This document shows positions 39,376-56,108 of a stretch of DNA of 64,000 nucleotides, one piece after another. A program made the position numbers and the translations under genes. The stretch lies in NCBI RefSeq assembly GCF_009914755.1, contig NC_060931.1. One strand, given 5' to 3'. Origin of the DNA: the human T2T-CHM13v2.0 reference genome, Homo sapiens. Position 1 is the first letter of the stretch. Each line of letters starts with the position of its first letter. Under the pieces are notes generated by a model. That model did no database searches and was not told the DNA's origin. It saw nothing but the letters and a program-made list of their open reading frames with translations.

Positions 39376-40668
39376 ATGAGTGTGCATTATTCAAGGCTTT
39401 GCTGGTGACATTAAACTGTGTGACTCTCCAAGGGATGTGGAACTGCTTTATTTTACTATCTAAATAAAATAGGCAGGCTCCAGAACCTGTTGTTTGATCT
39501 AACTAACAGCCTTGACATCAGCCAAGGAGCTCACGCTGGGGATTCTGAAGCGGAACAGTCAGCGTTCAGACCAACAGCCATGGCATGGATTCAGGGGCCC
39601 GCTGGGGCCTAATTTGAGGCAGATTCTGTACAAAACTCCACTTAACACCTGATTACTGATATAGCTCAGCTCTGACTAGTGAACCACTGTTGGCTCCTGC
39701 GGTCCCCAGAAATCAGTGTCAGCTCAGAAGCAGCATCCCAGAACCCTCCTAACTTTGTGGCTAGTTCCCCTGCCCTTATACAAAGTTACTCAACCAATAT
39801 CCACAGTTTCCTTTGGAGGAAATTTAAGAGAACGAGTCATAATTCTCTTGCATTATTAAAACAGAGAGTCTTTTTAAGTGTACCTAACTGCTCCTTTATT
39901 TAAATACTTCTTGGTTGGCAAATTCAATAATTTCTGGGAACTAAGCGATTGGTCATGACTCCTAGGATAGCTCATAACAGGTCTCTATTGATCAGAAATA
40001 AATGTTGTGGCTGTTATACAAATCAAGGAAGACCATATGGATGGGCTGATGTGGTCGGCTGTTCCTGGTTCCCCGCACTCAGTGTCCCTTCCTATGGAAT
40101 CATTGTATGTCCCCACCCTATAGACCTCTGACTTTCTTTGGCCAGTGAAAAATGTAGCCTCCTGACTTTCTTTGGCCAATGAAAAATGAGAGAAGTTGAC
40201 ACATGTCACTGCTGGGGAGGCCCCATAAGAGCCAGTGCAGGGGCTGCCATGCTGTCCTTCCTGCCTGTGTGATTGTTGAAGTATGTGTGAAGATGGAACC
40301 CCTGTTAGCCTGGATCCCTGAGTGACTACCTGGAGCAGCTAATGATGGAAATGGAATGTGTGTCAGAAGAGGTTGTAAGCCACGATGATTTCAAGCTGTT
40401 GCTGCAATGTAATCTAGCCACAAAATGCAAAACTGGAGATGCAAGCATGAAAATAAACAAGAAAAAAGCCAGCTCTCAATAGGTAAGGAAAACTAACCAG
40501 GGCGGATCCTGCCAGCATCCAAGCATAACAGTGAGATAAATCTGACACAGCTGACTCCGTCTTGCTCCTTACCTCACAAGCTAACTGCTTTTTCTCATTC
40601 CCGCATGTAGGCTGAGCTAACTATGAGAGGAGTTTAGTTTATAGTTTGAAGCAAGAATGATAACAGGC

Positions 40669-41016
40669 TATATTAGTCCATTTTCATACTGCTATGAAGA
40701 AATACCCAAGACTGGGCAATTTATAAAGAAAAAGAGGTTTAATGGACTCACAGTTCCACATGTCTGGGGAGGCCTCACAATCAGGGTGGAAGGTGGAGGA
40801 GGAGCAAAGGCACGTCTTGATGTTGTCAGGCAAGAGAGCGTGTGCAGGAGAACTGCCCTTTATAAAACCATAGTATCTCATGAGACTTATTCACTATCAC
40901 GAGAACAGCATGTGAAAGACCCTCCCCATGATTCAATTACCTCCCACGACATGTGGGGATCATGGGAGATACAATTCAAGATGAGATTTGGGTGGGGACA
41001 CAGCCAAACCATAATA
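40669..41016 (-). mobile_element. THE1 (THE1D-like) LTR
   Basis: TATTAGTCCATTTTCA...GGGGACACAGCCAAACCATA. Confidence 0.88.
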
Positions 41017-41101
41017 TAGTCCCTTCCCAAAACTAACCCCTGAGGAGATAAGGAGGCTATACATACAAATAGCAATGTTCTGTTAAAAATGTATAGGAGT
41101 G

Positions 41102-41810
41102 TATTAGAGCAGGTAGTAAGGCAGTCACGAGCAGGGCAGAAGAGGCCCCCACACCCAAGAATGTCAGGCAACCATTAGGTGATGGTCATTTGGTTAAGCT
41201 GTCTCTCTTTAAAATGGTAATTGGTAGCAGCTGCCAACAGGGAGAGACGGTCTTCAATAGATAGAAAACACCTGGAGCTGGTGATCAGCAGCTTCCCTAA
41301 AGAATCTCAGGAGTTGGAGGAGCAGGCTCAAGCATGTGAACTGAGGCAAAATGGCGGAGCTTAACCAGTATATGACCTTCCTCTAGGAAATCTCAACTGG
41401 TAAGGGAAGAATGCCCCAAGCGAGCATGTGCATGACTTTAGTAAACACACTGCACATGCGGCCCCTCCCAAGTGCTGGCAGACCACTGTGCATGCAGACA
41501 GCCCACCCCAAGGGAAGAATCGCGGGAGAAGAGACACAAACCTCAGAACCACACCAGTGTATAAAAACCCAAATCAAGAGCTGAACAGGGCACTTGGATC
41601 TCTCAAGTCACCCACTTGGCCCTCTTCCAAGTGTACTTTACTTTCTTTCATTCCTGCCCTATAATTTTTTTAATAAACGTTCATTCCTGCTCTAAAACTT
41701 GCTTTGGTCTCTCCCTCTGCCTTAAACATACTTCTGCCTCTTGGCCGCTTTCCTCCAAGGAGGCAAGGATTGAGTTTGCTGCAGACCTGTATGGATTCGC
41801 TGCTGGTAAG
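41102..41810 (+). mobile_element. MER50 LTR
   Basis: TATTAGAGCAGGTAG...GGCAAAATGGCGGAG...TATAAAAACCC...AATAAAC. Confidence 0.82.
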
Positions 41811-42526
41811 GTGCATTGTGACCTGACCAAAGACAAATTTTGCAACTCTCTTGGGCTCCTGCTGACACCCAGGTGTGTGTGGTCACCAGTCATCTCCTGA
41901 CCTCAACCTCCTACTTGTTCCCTCTTCCCCAATATAAAAAGAAGCTTGAGATTCCTGCCTGTTAAGATGGTTCTTTAGGACCTTCATCTGCCATCTTCTC
42001 AGCTTGCTCCCTCTCCAACATAAAGTCCCTTCCCTTGCCCCCAGCACCTTGTCTCTTGACTTGCTGTCATGCAGGGCATGGTATGAGCTTTGGACTCAAC
42101 TACACAAGCAGTACTTGAGAGACTGGCCTAAATAAAATACAGCATTTCTTCCATACTCAAACTTTCAAGATTCAAAGTCACCGGAAAGAGCATCTAATTT
42201 GTCAAACTTAATGGTTTGAAACAACAACTGCAATATGTCTGTGTGTGTGTATCTTTTACACCTTTCTCTCTGCTTACACAGATATGTAAAACATAAAGAT
42301 TTTGGCTCCCTTTTACTTACAAAAATATACAACTAATTCCCCAGTTAATACAATGATGAAGTCCAGAATATTCCACCTAAAAATATGACTGTAGGAGACC
42401 AGAATGTGCCACCCCAAACATGCCTATTATGCATACAGATTATATGGAGCTGATCATTTTGAGTAGCAGCAGTCCCAGGAGAAACTGGAAAGCAGAATAG
42501 AAGTGACGGTTTTGTAAGAGATATTT

Positions 42527-43022
<496 letters not shown>

Positions 43023-43244
43023 CTAGGAAGAGAAGGATGACTAAATCACCAGGGACTTTTTTATTAATTGAAAAGGCACCACTTTAAATAAGCAGAACAA
43101 ACCTATCCCTTGTTTAAGGTGCCTTTTCTAGCCAGAGTGCTTTAACTGGGCTTCCCTTCTGTCCACTGCAACTTTCTTTTTTTGTTTCAGAGAACAAAAA
43201 AAGGGTATTTAAATCTTAAGTCAATGCCCCTTCTTTGAGATCTA

Positions 43245-43939
<695 letters not shown>

Positions 43940-44028
43940 TAAACTTCTGTTTGTTTTTCTTTTGTTAATCTGTGTTGTGTTACGTGGAGTCTCAGCTAAG
44001 AATGCATGAAGGGTGAAAGAGAAAATTA

Positions 44029-44467
<439 letters not shown>

Positions 44468-44738
44468 TCACCAACAGGGCTGATTAGGTTTTGCCACCAC
44501 AAACACCGCGATAAACATTTTTTTTTGCACTGCAATAAGAACTGGTGCTTTTATTTCTATAAGATAGAATTCCTGTTATTCCTGTCTTCTTTCCTATTTC
44601 TCCCTTCTGGAGTGGAAAAGTCTGTCCTATGCCTGTCCCACCATGGAATTTTGGAAGCACGTAACTTGTTTGATTTTTCAGATTCGCAGCTGGAGAGGAA
44701 TTTTACCTCAATATGAATTCTACCTTGAGACTACCACA

Positions 44739-45060
44739 TTTTTTTTCTTTTTCTTTTTTTTTTTTTTTTTTGAGGTGGAGTCTCACTCTGTCGCCCAGGC
44801 TGGTGGGCAGTGGCATGATCTTGGCTTACCGCAAGCTCCGCCTCCTGGGTTCACACCATTCTCTTGCCTCGGCCTCCCGAGTAGCTGGGACTACAGGTGC
44901 CCACCACCACGCACGGCTAATTTTTTTTTTTTTTTGTATTTTTAGTACAGACGGGGTTTCACCGTGTTAGCCAGGATGGTCGCAATCTCCTGACCTCATG
45001 ATCCACCCGTCTCAGCCTCCCAAAGTGCTGGGATTACAGGCGTGAGCCACTGCGCCCGGC
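44739..45060 (-). mobile_element. AluY
   Basis: AluY diagnostics (GCAAGCTCCGCC; GTGTTAGCCAGGATGG); TSD AGACTACC(AC/GT)ATTTT. Confidence 0.93.
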
Positions 45061-45189
45061 TAGACTACCGTATTTTATTTAGGTGATAATTAGATGAGAC
45101 TTTGGACTTTAAACCTTAAAGTTGATGCTGGAAATCAATGTATTTTGCATGTGAGAACAACATGAATTTTGGGGTGCTATGGGCAGAAT

Positions 45190-45527
45190 GGTATGGTCTG
45201 AGTCTTTGTGTCTCCCCAAAATTCATATGTTGCCATCCTAACCCCCAAGGTGATGGTACTGGGGGGTAGTTAGATCATGACAGTGGAGCCCATAGGAATG
45301 GGATTAATGCCCTTGGAAGAGAGGCTCCAGAGATCTCTACTGCCACGTAATGACAGAGCAACAAGGCATCAGCTATAAATAAGGAAACAGGTTCTCACCA
45401 GACACTGAATGTTCTGGCACCTTAATCTCGAGCTTCACAGCCTTCAGAACTGTAAGAAATAAATTTCTGTCTTTATAAGCCACTTTGTCTATGGTATGTT
45501 ACTATAGCAACCCAAATGGACTGAGAA
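45190..45527 (+). mobile_element. MLT1A/MST-like MaLR LTR preceded by internal 3' end
   Basis: TGGTATGGTCTGA...CCCCAAAATTCATATGTTG...AATGGACTGAGA. Confidence 0.7.
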
Positions 45528-45655
45528 ACATACATACGTACATATGCAAGTGTGTGTGAGTGAGAGAAAGGTAGGGTAGCAAAATGTTTGCAATAGGTGA
45601 GTTATGACATTCACATTCTCATTTTATTATTTCAATGTTTCGAGAAGCTTGAAAA

Positions 45656-45943
45656 TTTTTCTTTTTTATTTCTTTTTCATTTTTTTTTTTTGTTTGAGAT
45701 GGAGTTTCACTCTTGTTGCCCAGGCTGGAGTACCATGGCGTGATCTCGGCTCACTGCAACCTCCGCCCTCCCCGGGTTCAAGTGATTCTCCTGCCTCAGC
45801 CTCCCTGGTAGCTGGGGTTACAGGCACATGCCCCCACACCTGGCTAATTTTTGTATTTTTAGTAGAGATGGGGTTTCACCATGTTGACCAGGCTGGTCTC
45901 GAACTCCTGGCCTCAGGTGATCTGCCTGCCTTGGCCTCCCAAA
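45656..45943 (-). mobile_element. AluS, 5'-clipped
   Basis: Antisense dimer. Confidence 0.93.
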
Positions 45944-46084
45944 TTATTCTCATATTTTTAAATAAGTGGTTTCAAAATAATCATGAATCCCTCATTTGGC
46001 TAAAGGTAATTATTGCTGGAGGGGGTCATGAATCTGAATGAGACCACTTTAAACTGGACAATACTGAGCTGCATTTATTGCTGA

Positions 46085-46880
46085 AGTTTTTATTGAAGTA
46101 TAATATATAAAGCAGAACATAATGATAAGGCATGGTATATAATAAAGTGCACAAATCATTAAGTGTACAGCTCAAAGAATTTTCACAGGGAGAATGTACC
46201 CGTGTAACCAGCAGGAAATAGAACCTCACCTGCCTCCTTTTCTGGTCACTGTTTCCCCAACAGGATAAAAAATGTTATCCTGTCCTGATTTCTGATACTT
46301 TAGGGTCATTTTCCTGTTATTGAATTAATACAAATGGAATCACATAATAGGTTGTATTTCGTGTCTGGCATCCTCTGATCAAAATGATGTCTGTGCGATC
46401 CATCCATATTGCTGCCAGGTGTGGCCTCTCTGTCCACACTGCTGTAACACAGCCTTCCATGGAGTAAAGGCAGCTCGGTGGTTTATCTATGTTGCTACTG
46501 ATGGGCACTTAGGCAGTTTTCAGTTTTTTCTTATTACAAATATGTGATTCTAAATAGTTCCATATATGCCATTTGGTGAATGGATGTATACATTTCTGTA
46601 GGATATAGATCCAGCAGTGGAATTGCTGGGTTGTAGGATATGCACACCTCTGGTTCTGACAGATGCTGCCAGTTTTCCAAAGTGGTTGTACTGCTTCACA
46701 CCGCCATGGGGGTTCTATTGCCAGTCTTTTCCATTTTAGCCATTCTGGCAGATAAATAGTGAGATTGCACTGTAATTTTGATTTGCATCTCCTTGATTCA
46801 TGGGGTTGAGGGCTTTGCCGTATATTTATGCGTGCGTCACATATGAAGTGTTTACTGTATTTTCGCTCATTTTAAAAAGT
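46085..46880 (-). mobile_element. L1ME-type 3' fragment
   Basis: TTTTATTGAAGTATAAT...AAGTGTACAGCTCAAAGAATTTTCAC. Confidence 0.7.
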
Positions 46881-47219
46881 ATATTTTTTTTCTAATAACT
46901 TCCTGGCATGGAGACAGGGGCCTGTCTTTCCTTGATTAACCTGACTTTCTCCCTGGGGGTTCTGGTCTAGCAACTGCTGCTGAAGTTTTCAGTCCCTGTC
47001 ACCTTCTGGGTGTCACATTTCTGAGGGATTCAGGAAGCATTTTCACCTGAATCTTTTATTCCCCTAAAATTTTCTCTACCTGGCATCAGAGCCTCTATTT
47101 CATTTTTGTATCTGGTTCAAATGTCTTTGCCTTGATCCACAGTATTTTCTCCTTTTTACAATTGATTCCAGTGTAGAACTAGCAGGGAAAACATCAAGCA
47201 CTTGGAATTTAAAGTTTGA

Positions 47220-47559
<340 letters not shown>

Positions 47560-47802
47560 CTGCTTTCATTTATATAGATTGATTTTTCTGGGTGAAGCAC
47601 ACCAAATTCTATAAAAGAACTATGGAAACCTCAAATACTTTTCCAGTAAAAAATGCATTTTTGAAATGATAATACATAATCATTTCAAATACATGAGAAA
47701 TACAGTATCATGAGAAATACATTAGTTCTGATGACTCTGGAGACATTGAATCTAAATACTCCACAATTCAATTTCTCAAGCATTTTATGTATATTTGCAT
47801 GG

Positions 47803-47805
<3 letters not shown>

Positions 47806-47847
<42 letters not shown>
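47806..47847. repeat. (AC)21 microsatellite
   Basis: Counted directly. Confidence 0.97.
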
Positions 47848-47849
<2 letters not shown>

Positions 47850-49774
47850 TGGTACCACCAAGCCCCTACACTAGCCCTAGGTCTCCTGTCCCCAGGCTTC
47901 TTGTTATGTGAGATTATCTTGTTTTGGAGTCACTGCTCACCCGCTATTCTTGCAGCCAACAGCATTCGTGGTTAAAAATGACTGCAAAATAATACATAGA
48001 GCAGCAGATGGTTGATGCATACATACATTCAGAGCATATACAGCACTCACTTAGTTATGCCATTACATTATTTTTCTGAGTGACTGAGCTTAACCTTGGA
48101 GAAATCTCATAATTCTCAGGGGTGGAATATGAGGCCTTGACCCATTCTCATGGTTTCACTCCATTTTTATTCAGATGAGCATTAGTCACTGCTTCATGGG
48201 CCTCAAAGAATGTACTTTGCTTCCTCCTGGAAGATCTAGATAAAAGGGACAGTTAGGGGCAAAAATCAGAAAGTTACTATTGTCCTAATACTTGTGATGA
48301 ATGAGAGGATGGGAGTCTTGCAGGACAGTGAAAAGATGGGATAAGCTCAAATGAGACAAAAGGTTAGAAAGTTAGATACAGACGCAATGTCTTTCTTTGG
48401 CTCAAGAGTCAGAATTCAGTTATTTATTGATGAAGGGGCGATGATGTTCCTATTTGGGATGAGGATGAGAAATGAAAATGAACATGTAAAAGTCATCAGA
48501 GGAAGGCATGATTTAGGTGTTGAGAAATACTCTGCTAGGTAGAAGTCTTAGCTATCCTCTTGCCTATGTGGGGGCTAAATGTTGGTGGGGCGACACTATG
48601 TATGGTAGCCATGGCCCAAGTCAGTGTTTCTTTTCTTCCTTAGTTTAATTAGTCTTTCAAACCAATTCCAAAGAGCAACCACAAGTTGGGCCTGCACTTG
48701 GCGGGTGTAGCATATGCTGGTTTTTGCTGCCTGAGGAGGCTGTTCTTGCCTTCTGGTTATGGCTAGGTCTTCAGGTCTTCAGATAGCTCTTCCCAAGTTG
48801 GTGATGGCCACTCAAAGTTGTCACACACAGTCAGCATCAGGGCTGTGGTTCCCGCCAGTGAGCCTGGCTGGGGGAAGCTTGGTGATAGTGAGGTCAACCA
48901 TGTTCATGGCACTGACGATGGAAGAGACCCAAGAGATTATTTTGGAAAATGGTTTTCAATTAGCTTAAGAACAAGATCTTATGTAGAACTCCTATATAGA
49001 CAGACAAAAACTAAAATGCTCTTGTTGCTGGCGAGAGTGCTCGCTTGAAGCCTGTTCTGCTCAGAATCTCCACATCTGGACACTAGGGACCCTCAGAAAA
49101 CAATCTGAAACATACTTTTGGAGTCCAACTTTGCTGTGTAGATATGGTTAAACTTGGGGCCTCTTGGATAAGGAGCCAACTCGCCCAAAGCAGTGCTCCT
49201 GGCTCCAACATTTTCCACGCCTGGCTGCCTAATGTCTGGTATGGAAGTGCACCAGTGAAGCCTAGGTTGAGAGTTGAACTGGGACACCAAGGCAGCAAAG
49301 GATGCCAGGAATGTCAGGTGAGAATTAAACGGACATTCTCATGGGAAAGCCAAGGTGTGAGCCTGGGAAGGAACATTTACTAGACAGAGACTGCGGTTAG
49401 GGCAAAAGTGAAGTCTTGAGTCTGGGGAAGATTTAAAATGAAGCAGTTGAGAAACAGTCCAGGCAGTCAGCATCAGGGAAGTCTTGTGAGTCTGGATGAC
49501 TGCTTTTAATATCTGTGGTGTTAGAAGCTCAACCTGTAGAAGAGCCTACAGGTTGTGCTGTCAGGGATCAGGGTGCCTTAAAGAACTAGGCAGATATCAC
49601 CCCCTTGCATGTGTGATATGAGCATGCAGATGGCCAGCTCCTTAGCATATGATTGGGGTCTTAGCATGAATGGACTCCATGAAACCCACCCCTACTATTG
49701 GAAAATGTGGCTAAAGTGTAGACATCACTAATCATTGGCGAGTCATATTATGTATTCCTTTAAAGAAGAGTTTT

Positions 49775-50097
<323 letters not shown>

Positions 50098-50849
50098 TCA
50101 CAGCACCTTGAGAACAAAGCAATATCAACCTCATTAGAAGGAACAGGGGAGCAGAGTTCATTGTGCTTTTGTCAGTTTCTTAGGACACTATGATGAGATT
50201 TTGCTCCATTCAGGCCATGATGCCTATTCCTGTCCACAGGAGCATTTGATCCTTACCCCCACGCTGCGACTCCGAGGCAGGGCGGACACAATTGTCCCGT
50301 TTTATAAGTGAGAGGAGAGCATTTAGCAGTGGTCACAGAGCTAATCTGTCAGGATCAGGACTGGAATCCAGGCTGCAGGGTTGATGCTCCGTCCACGCGT
50401 CAGTGCTGACTTCCTGAGGAATCAGCACCGTGGCTACAATGCGGAGAGCAGAAGTAGAGAAGTCATCCAGGCAGGGGTTGGAAAACTCAGCTCATAGTTG
50501 CGTCCTCTCAGTTGAGTGGAGATGACTCATGACATTAATACGGCAATCCTCTAACCATTCCCTACAGAGCTTGGCCTCTTAAAGAGTAACGTGTGCTTTG
50601 GAGTTAAGCTGTGCTCATCTAGAGCTCTTATTGAACCATGATTAATCACTCTTTCCACATTCACAACCTACGGGATCTGAACTTGACCCATTTTTAAAGC
50701 CATTCACCCTGCCTGGACTCCATGCATATTTTCACTGCACCAGTCTGCTGCCTTTCCTCCCACCCATCACTATCATGTCACGCCATCCGTCAGTTGCCTC
50801 CCTCTAGCTGCCAGTCCCCATTCCCCACCAACATGCTACTTCTTCTTCT

Positions 50850-51185
50850 TCTTTTGTTTTTTTGTTTGTTTGTTTGTTTTCGGTTTTTGTTTTTTTTGAG
50901 GCAGGGTCTCACTCTGTCGTCCAGGCTAGAGTGCAGTGCAGTGCTGCTATCACGGCTCACTGCAGCCTCGGCCTCCCCGGGGCTCAGGGGATCCTCCCAC
51001 CTCAGCCTCTTGAGTGGCTGAGACTACAGGTGCACACCACAATGCCCGGCTAATTTCTGTATTTTTTGTAGAGATGGGGTTTTGCCATGTTGCCCAGGCT
51101 GGTCTCAAACTTCTGCACTGAAATGATCTGCCCATCTCAGCCTCCCAAAGTACTGGGATTACAGGCATAAGCCACTGCGCCAGGC
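50850..51185 (-). mobile_element. AluJ
   Basis: Antisense dimer. Confidence 0.92.
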
Positions 51186-51459
51186 ACTACTTCCAACCTG
51201 AGAAGTGAGTTGAGCAACTGTTGGAAATCTGGCCCAAGGAGACTTGGAGTAAGAGTCCAAAGAGTCAGCTTTCTTCCTGATCCCGGCGATGTTTCTGGTG
51301 TCACCCCTTCTGAATAAGTCACTTGCTGAGTTACTATTTACTGGACACACCAGTCTCAGAAAATACAGGTCACTCCAAAGCACTCTGTGGCTTACATTTG
51401 TAATTGTGGATTTTGCTTTGAAACTTCAAGGGTATAAAGATATTTGATTCACTCTGATT

Positions 51460-51689
51460 TCCAACTTTGATTTTAAGTTCTGGGGTACATGTGCAGGATG
51501 TGCAGGTTAGTTACATAGGTAAACGTGTGCCATGGTGGTTTGCTACACAGATCATCCAATCACCTGGGTATTAAGCCCAGTATCCATTAGCTCTTCTTCC
51601 TCATACTCTCCCTCCTCCCACGCCCTACCCTCTGACAGGCTCCAGTGTGAGTTGTTCCCCCCATGGGTCTGTGTGTTCTCATTACTCAG
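51460..51689 (-). mobile_element. L1PA (older, L1PA10-13-like) 3' end
   Basis: GGGGTACATGTGCAGGATGTGCAGG...GTGCCATGGTGGTTTGC. Confidence 0.85.
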
Positions 51690-52388
51690 AATCGGTGATG
51701 TGTCTTGGTAGTACTGAGTCTAGTCTTAGGACAATGCTGTCTTCTGGGCTGTGGAAGGAGAGAATTTTGCCCAGATTCGTGGTCATGTCACATGGAGCTT
51801 TGTCCCCATCAGGACTGTTTCTGTTCACTTTCCCAGGGGCACAGCGTGTGTGTTATATATGCCTGAACCTTGTTCAAGGGAGAAGATGATAAGAATTAAT
51901 GAGAACAAGTCTCCATGGACTACATGACCCTGTTCATTTGAATCTTTTATCTAAAAAGTTTTCATGTGTTGACACCAAATATATTAAAGTATATTTTAAT
52001 TAAAAAATGTTTTTGAAGGAAGAGATATGGAAAAGAGAATTACTAAGTAAAGAACAGAATGGGTCCTAGATATAATCACAATATCTGCGCTTAGAAGAAC
52101 CAGAGGCTTTCTGTCCACTGGAGCCCAGGGCCAAATGTCACTTCCTAATGTCTGTAGTCTTTCACAAACCAGCAACTTTTCCAAAAATTAAGAGAACAAA
52201 TATGAAAATAGGTTATGAGTCTTGCCCCTGAGTATGTGTCATCTGAAGGGAACCATATGTGATGGTGATGAGTATGTGAAATTGTGTTATGCCAGTCGAT
52301 TTAGTTTTATGTGTGTTTGAAATTTTCCAAAATAGATAAGTAAAAAAAAAAAATCAGAAATGCATTGTTAACAGAAACATCCTTGAAA

Positions 52389-52390
<2 letters not shown>

Positions 52391-52424
<34 letters not shown>

Positions 52425-52709
52425 AGATAGGGTCCTGCTCTGTTACCCAGGCTGGAGTGCAGCGGTGTGATCTTGGCTCACCACAACCTCTGCCTCCCAG
52501 GGTCAATTGATCCTCCCACCTCTGCCTGCTGAGTAGCTGGGTCTACAGACACGCATCACCATGCCTAGTTAATTTTTGTGTGTGTATATTTTTTGTAGAT
52601 ACAAGGTTTCAGCACATTGCCTAGGCTAGTTTTGAACTCCTGGGCTCAAGCATTCCACTGGTCTCCGCCCAAAGTGTGAGATTACAAGTGTGAGCCACTG
52701 CACCCAGCC
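52391..52709 (-). mobile_element. AluJ
   Basis: Antisense dimer with long T tract. Confidence 0.92.
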
Positions 52710-53043
52710 CATCCTTGGAATAGTTGGAAGCTGTTGTATGTATGATAGAGAGGATGAAAGAAAAACGACACATTGAATTGGGCTCCTGCTTTGAATGGAA
52801 ATAATGGGGTCCCAGAGAGGAAACAACTGTCAGAGACATGGTTGACAAGATTTATGTAATAGGCTCTAGGGAAAGAGAAAATCAAAGCATTTTGATCTCA
52901 GGGTCCCAGGAGGTAGCTTGTCAATTATGGAACCTTAGGAATAGAATGTATGGGCAATCGAATAAGGCGTTAACTTTAATAATAATAATAAAAACGTTTC
53001 TGGGTCTGGTGGGCAGAAATTAGACTCAAGTTACCACAGCTGA

Positions 53044-54337
<1,294 letters not shown>

Positions 54338-55227
54338 AACTGTATCTGCACTAACGTGGATCTCTGGGGCCTCCTCCTACCACCATGTCTACCAGTCAGA
54401 GTGGGGATTATGGAGGTTGGAATCTTGGCCCAAGTCCATCCTGCTACAGGCCCAGTGAGCACACGGACTCAAATCGTGGCTGCTCCCGTCCCGTTACTGA
54501 CTGCTTAGAATAAAGATGCTTAATCAGCTGCAGAATATCCACATCAGCTCACTCATCTGCGAAGTAAAAATTGGTGTGGAAAAGAAGGGCCAAGTAAAAT
54601 CCTTGAAACTGCTCCCTGTAGCACCCCTGTAATCCCGAGGGAATTATGGAGATTAGAATGCAAGGGGTCAGTTCCTGAGGAATCACTATTTAAATTATCT
54701 GCTTGGCTGGCATCAGAGATGAGTGTCTTGGGTAATCAATGTGGATTATGGTGATTGCAGCTGTGGTCCCAGATGCCATATTTCTGGTGGAGTAAATAAA
54801 CATAAACCCTGGAACCTGGTATGCAGTAATCAAGTTGACAAAAACAAACAAACAAACAAACAGAAACAACCCACTTTGACCTTCATTTTCTTATGTCACG
54901 ATTTTGTCAATTCTTCTGCCCTCCATATTATATCGTCTTGAAGGAACTTGACATCCCAAATAATACCAGATGGTCGTTATATTGATAACGTGATTCTAAC
55001 TGCACCCGCTGAGGAGGAATTAGCAAATACAACAGAAATCCCAATAAAATATATGCCTGCTAGAAGACGGGACATAAGCCCCAAGAGATGTTTCTGGAAG
55101 GACATCTAGTAGCATGGGGTATATTAGAATATCCCCTCTAAAGTGAAAGGATACCACCTTGAAGAAAGTGGTACAATGCTCGTCCTGGAATTGGGGCTAC
55201 ATTTCTCTAGCCCATTTTCCAGATAAC

Positions 55228-56108
55228 TGTTGCACCAGGCTCCTATTAATTTCAATAGGAATGGCACCAAGTTCAAGAGGCCAAAGATGAGACCCAGAGC
55301 CAGCAAATGAGAGTTGCGGTTACTGAGGGGAACTTACATACAGGGTGGCCCATGGTTGCAGGCAGGGAGGAGAACTGCTGCCGCCCACAGAAAGCATGCA
55401 GTTTACAGGACATTTTCACAATACCCTCTGTGAACCCCCCAATGGCTGAGATGGTCTCAGTTAACTTAGAAAGTTCATTTTGCCAAGGTTGAGTATGCCT
55501 GCCCGTGACACAGCCTCAGGAGGTCCTGATGACATGTGCCCAAGGTGGCCAGGGCACAGCTTGGTTTTATATATTTTAGGAAGATGTGAGACATCAATCA
55601 ATATATGTAAGAAGTACAATGGTTCTGTCCAGAAAGGTGGGGACAACTCGAAGCAGGGAGGGGGCTTCCGGGTCACAGGTAGGTGGGAGACAAATGGTTG
55701 CATTCTTTTGAGTTTCTGATAAGCCATTCCAAAGGAGGGCAATCAGATATGCATCTATCTCAGTGAGCAGAGGGATGACTTTGGATAGAATGGGAGGCAG
55801 GTTTGCCCTGAGAAGTTCCCAGCTTGACTTTTCCCTTTAGCTTAGTGATTTTTGGGCCCCAAGATTTTCCTTTCACATCTCCACCTGGAAACCTTCATTT
55901 AACCCAAAACAAGGGGGCCTGAACCCCTGAGTTGCCTGAGTTCTGTGGGACAGGTCAGGCGCTCAGATATTCCTCATAGCCAAGGAACGAATCTCCAGAT
56001 TGTCCTCGCTCACCACTCTGAATACACATTCAGGTGCATCTGCCATACGGGGTCATTCTTAGGATCTGCTTAAGTTACATTATTGCTATCAGGTGCATCA
56101 ACCCTAAG
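55228..56108 (-). mobile_element. LTR47-like ERVL LTR
   Basis: Minus strand GCACCTGATAGCAATAAT...AGAATGACCCCGTATGGCAGATGCACCTGAATG. Confidence 0.7.
55429..55877 (-). mobile_element. MER4A1 LTR nested in LTR47
   Basis: Complete TGTGAAAGGAAAATCTTGGGGCCC...GGGTTCACA; near-TSD (C/T)CTC. Confidence 0.88.

Larger units (their letters stand above)
40525..42104 (+). mobile_element. ERV1 MER4-group LTR (LTR8/LOR1-like) hosting THE1 and MER50
   Basis: ATAACAGTGAG...CTGACTCCGTCTTGC start, ...GGACTCAACTACA end; CAAGCA direct repeat at both edges. Confidence 0.6.

Noticed and set aside
48750-49400. Possible processed pseudogene
   Set aside because: No recognisable protein, poly(A) tail or TSD
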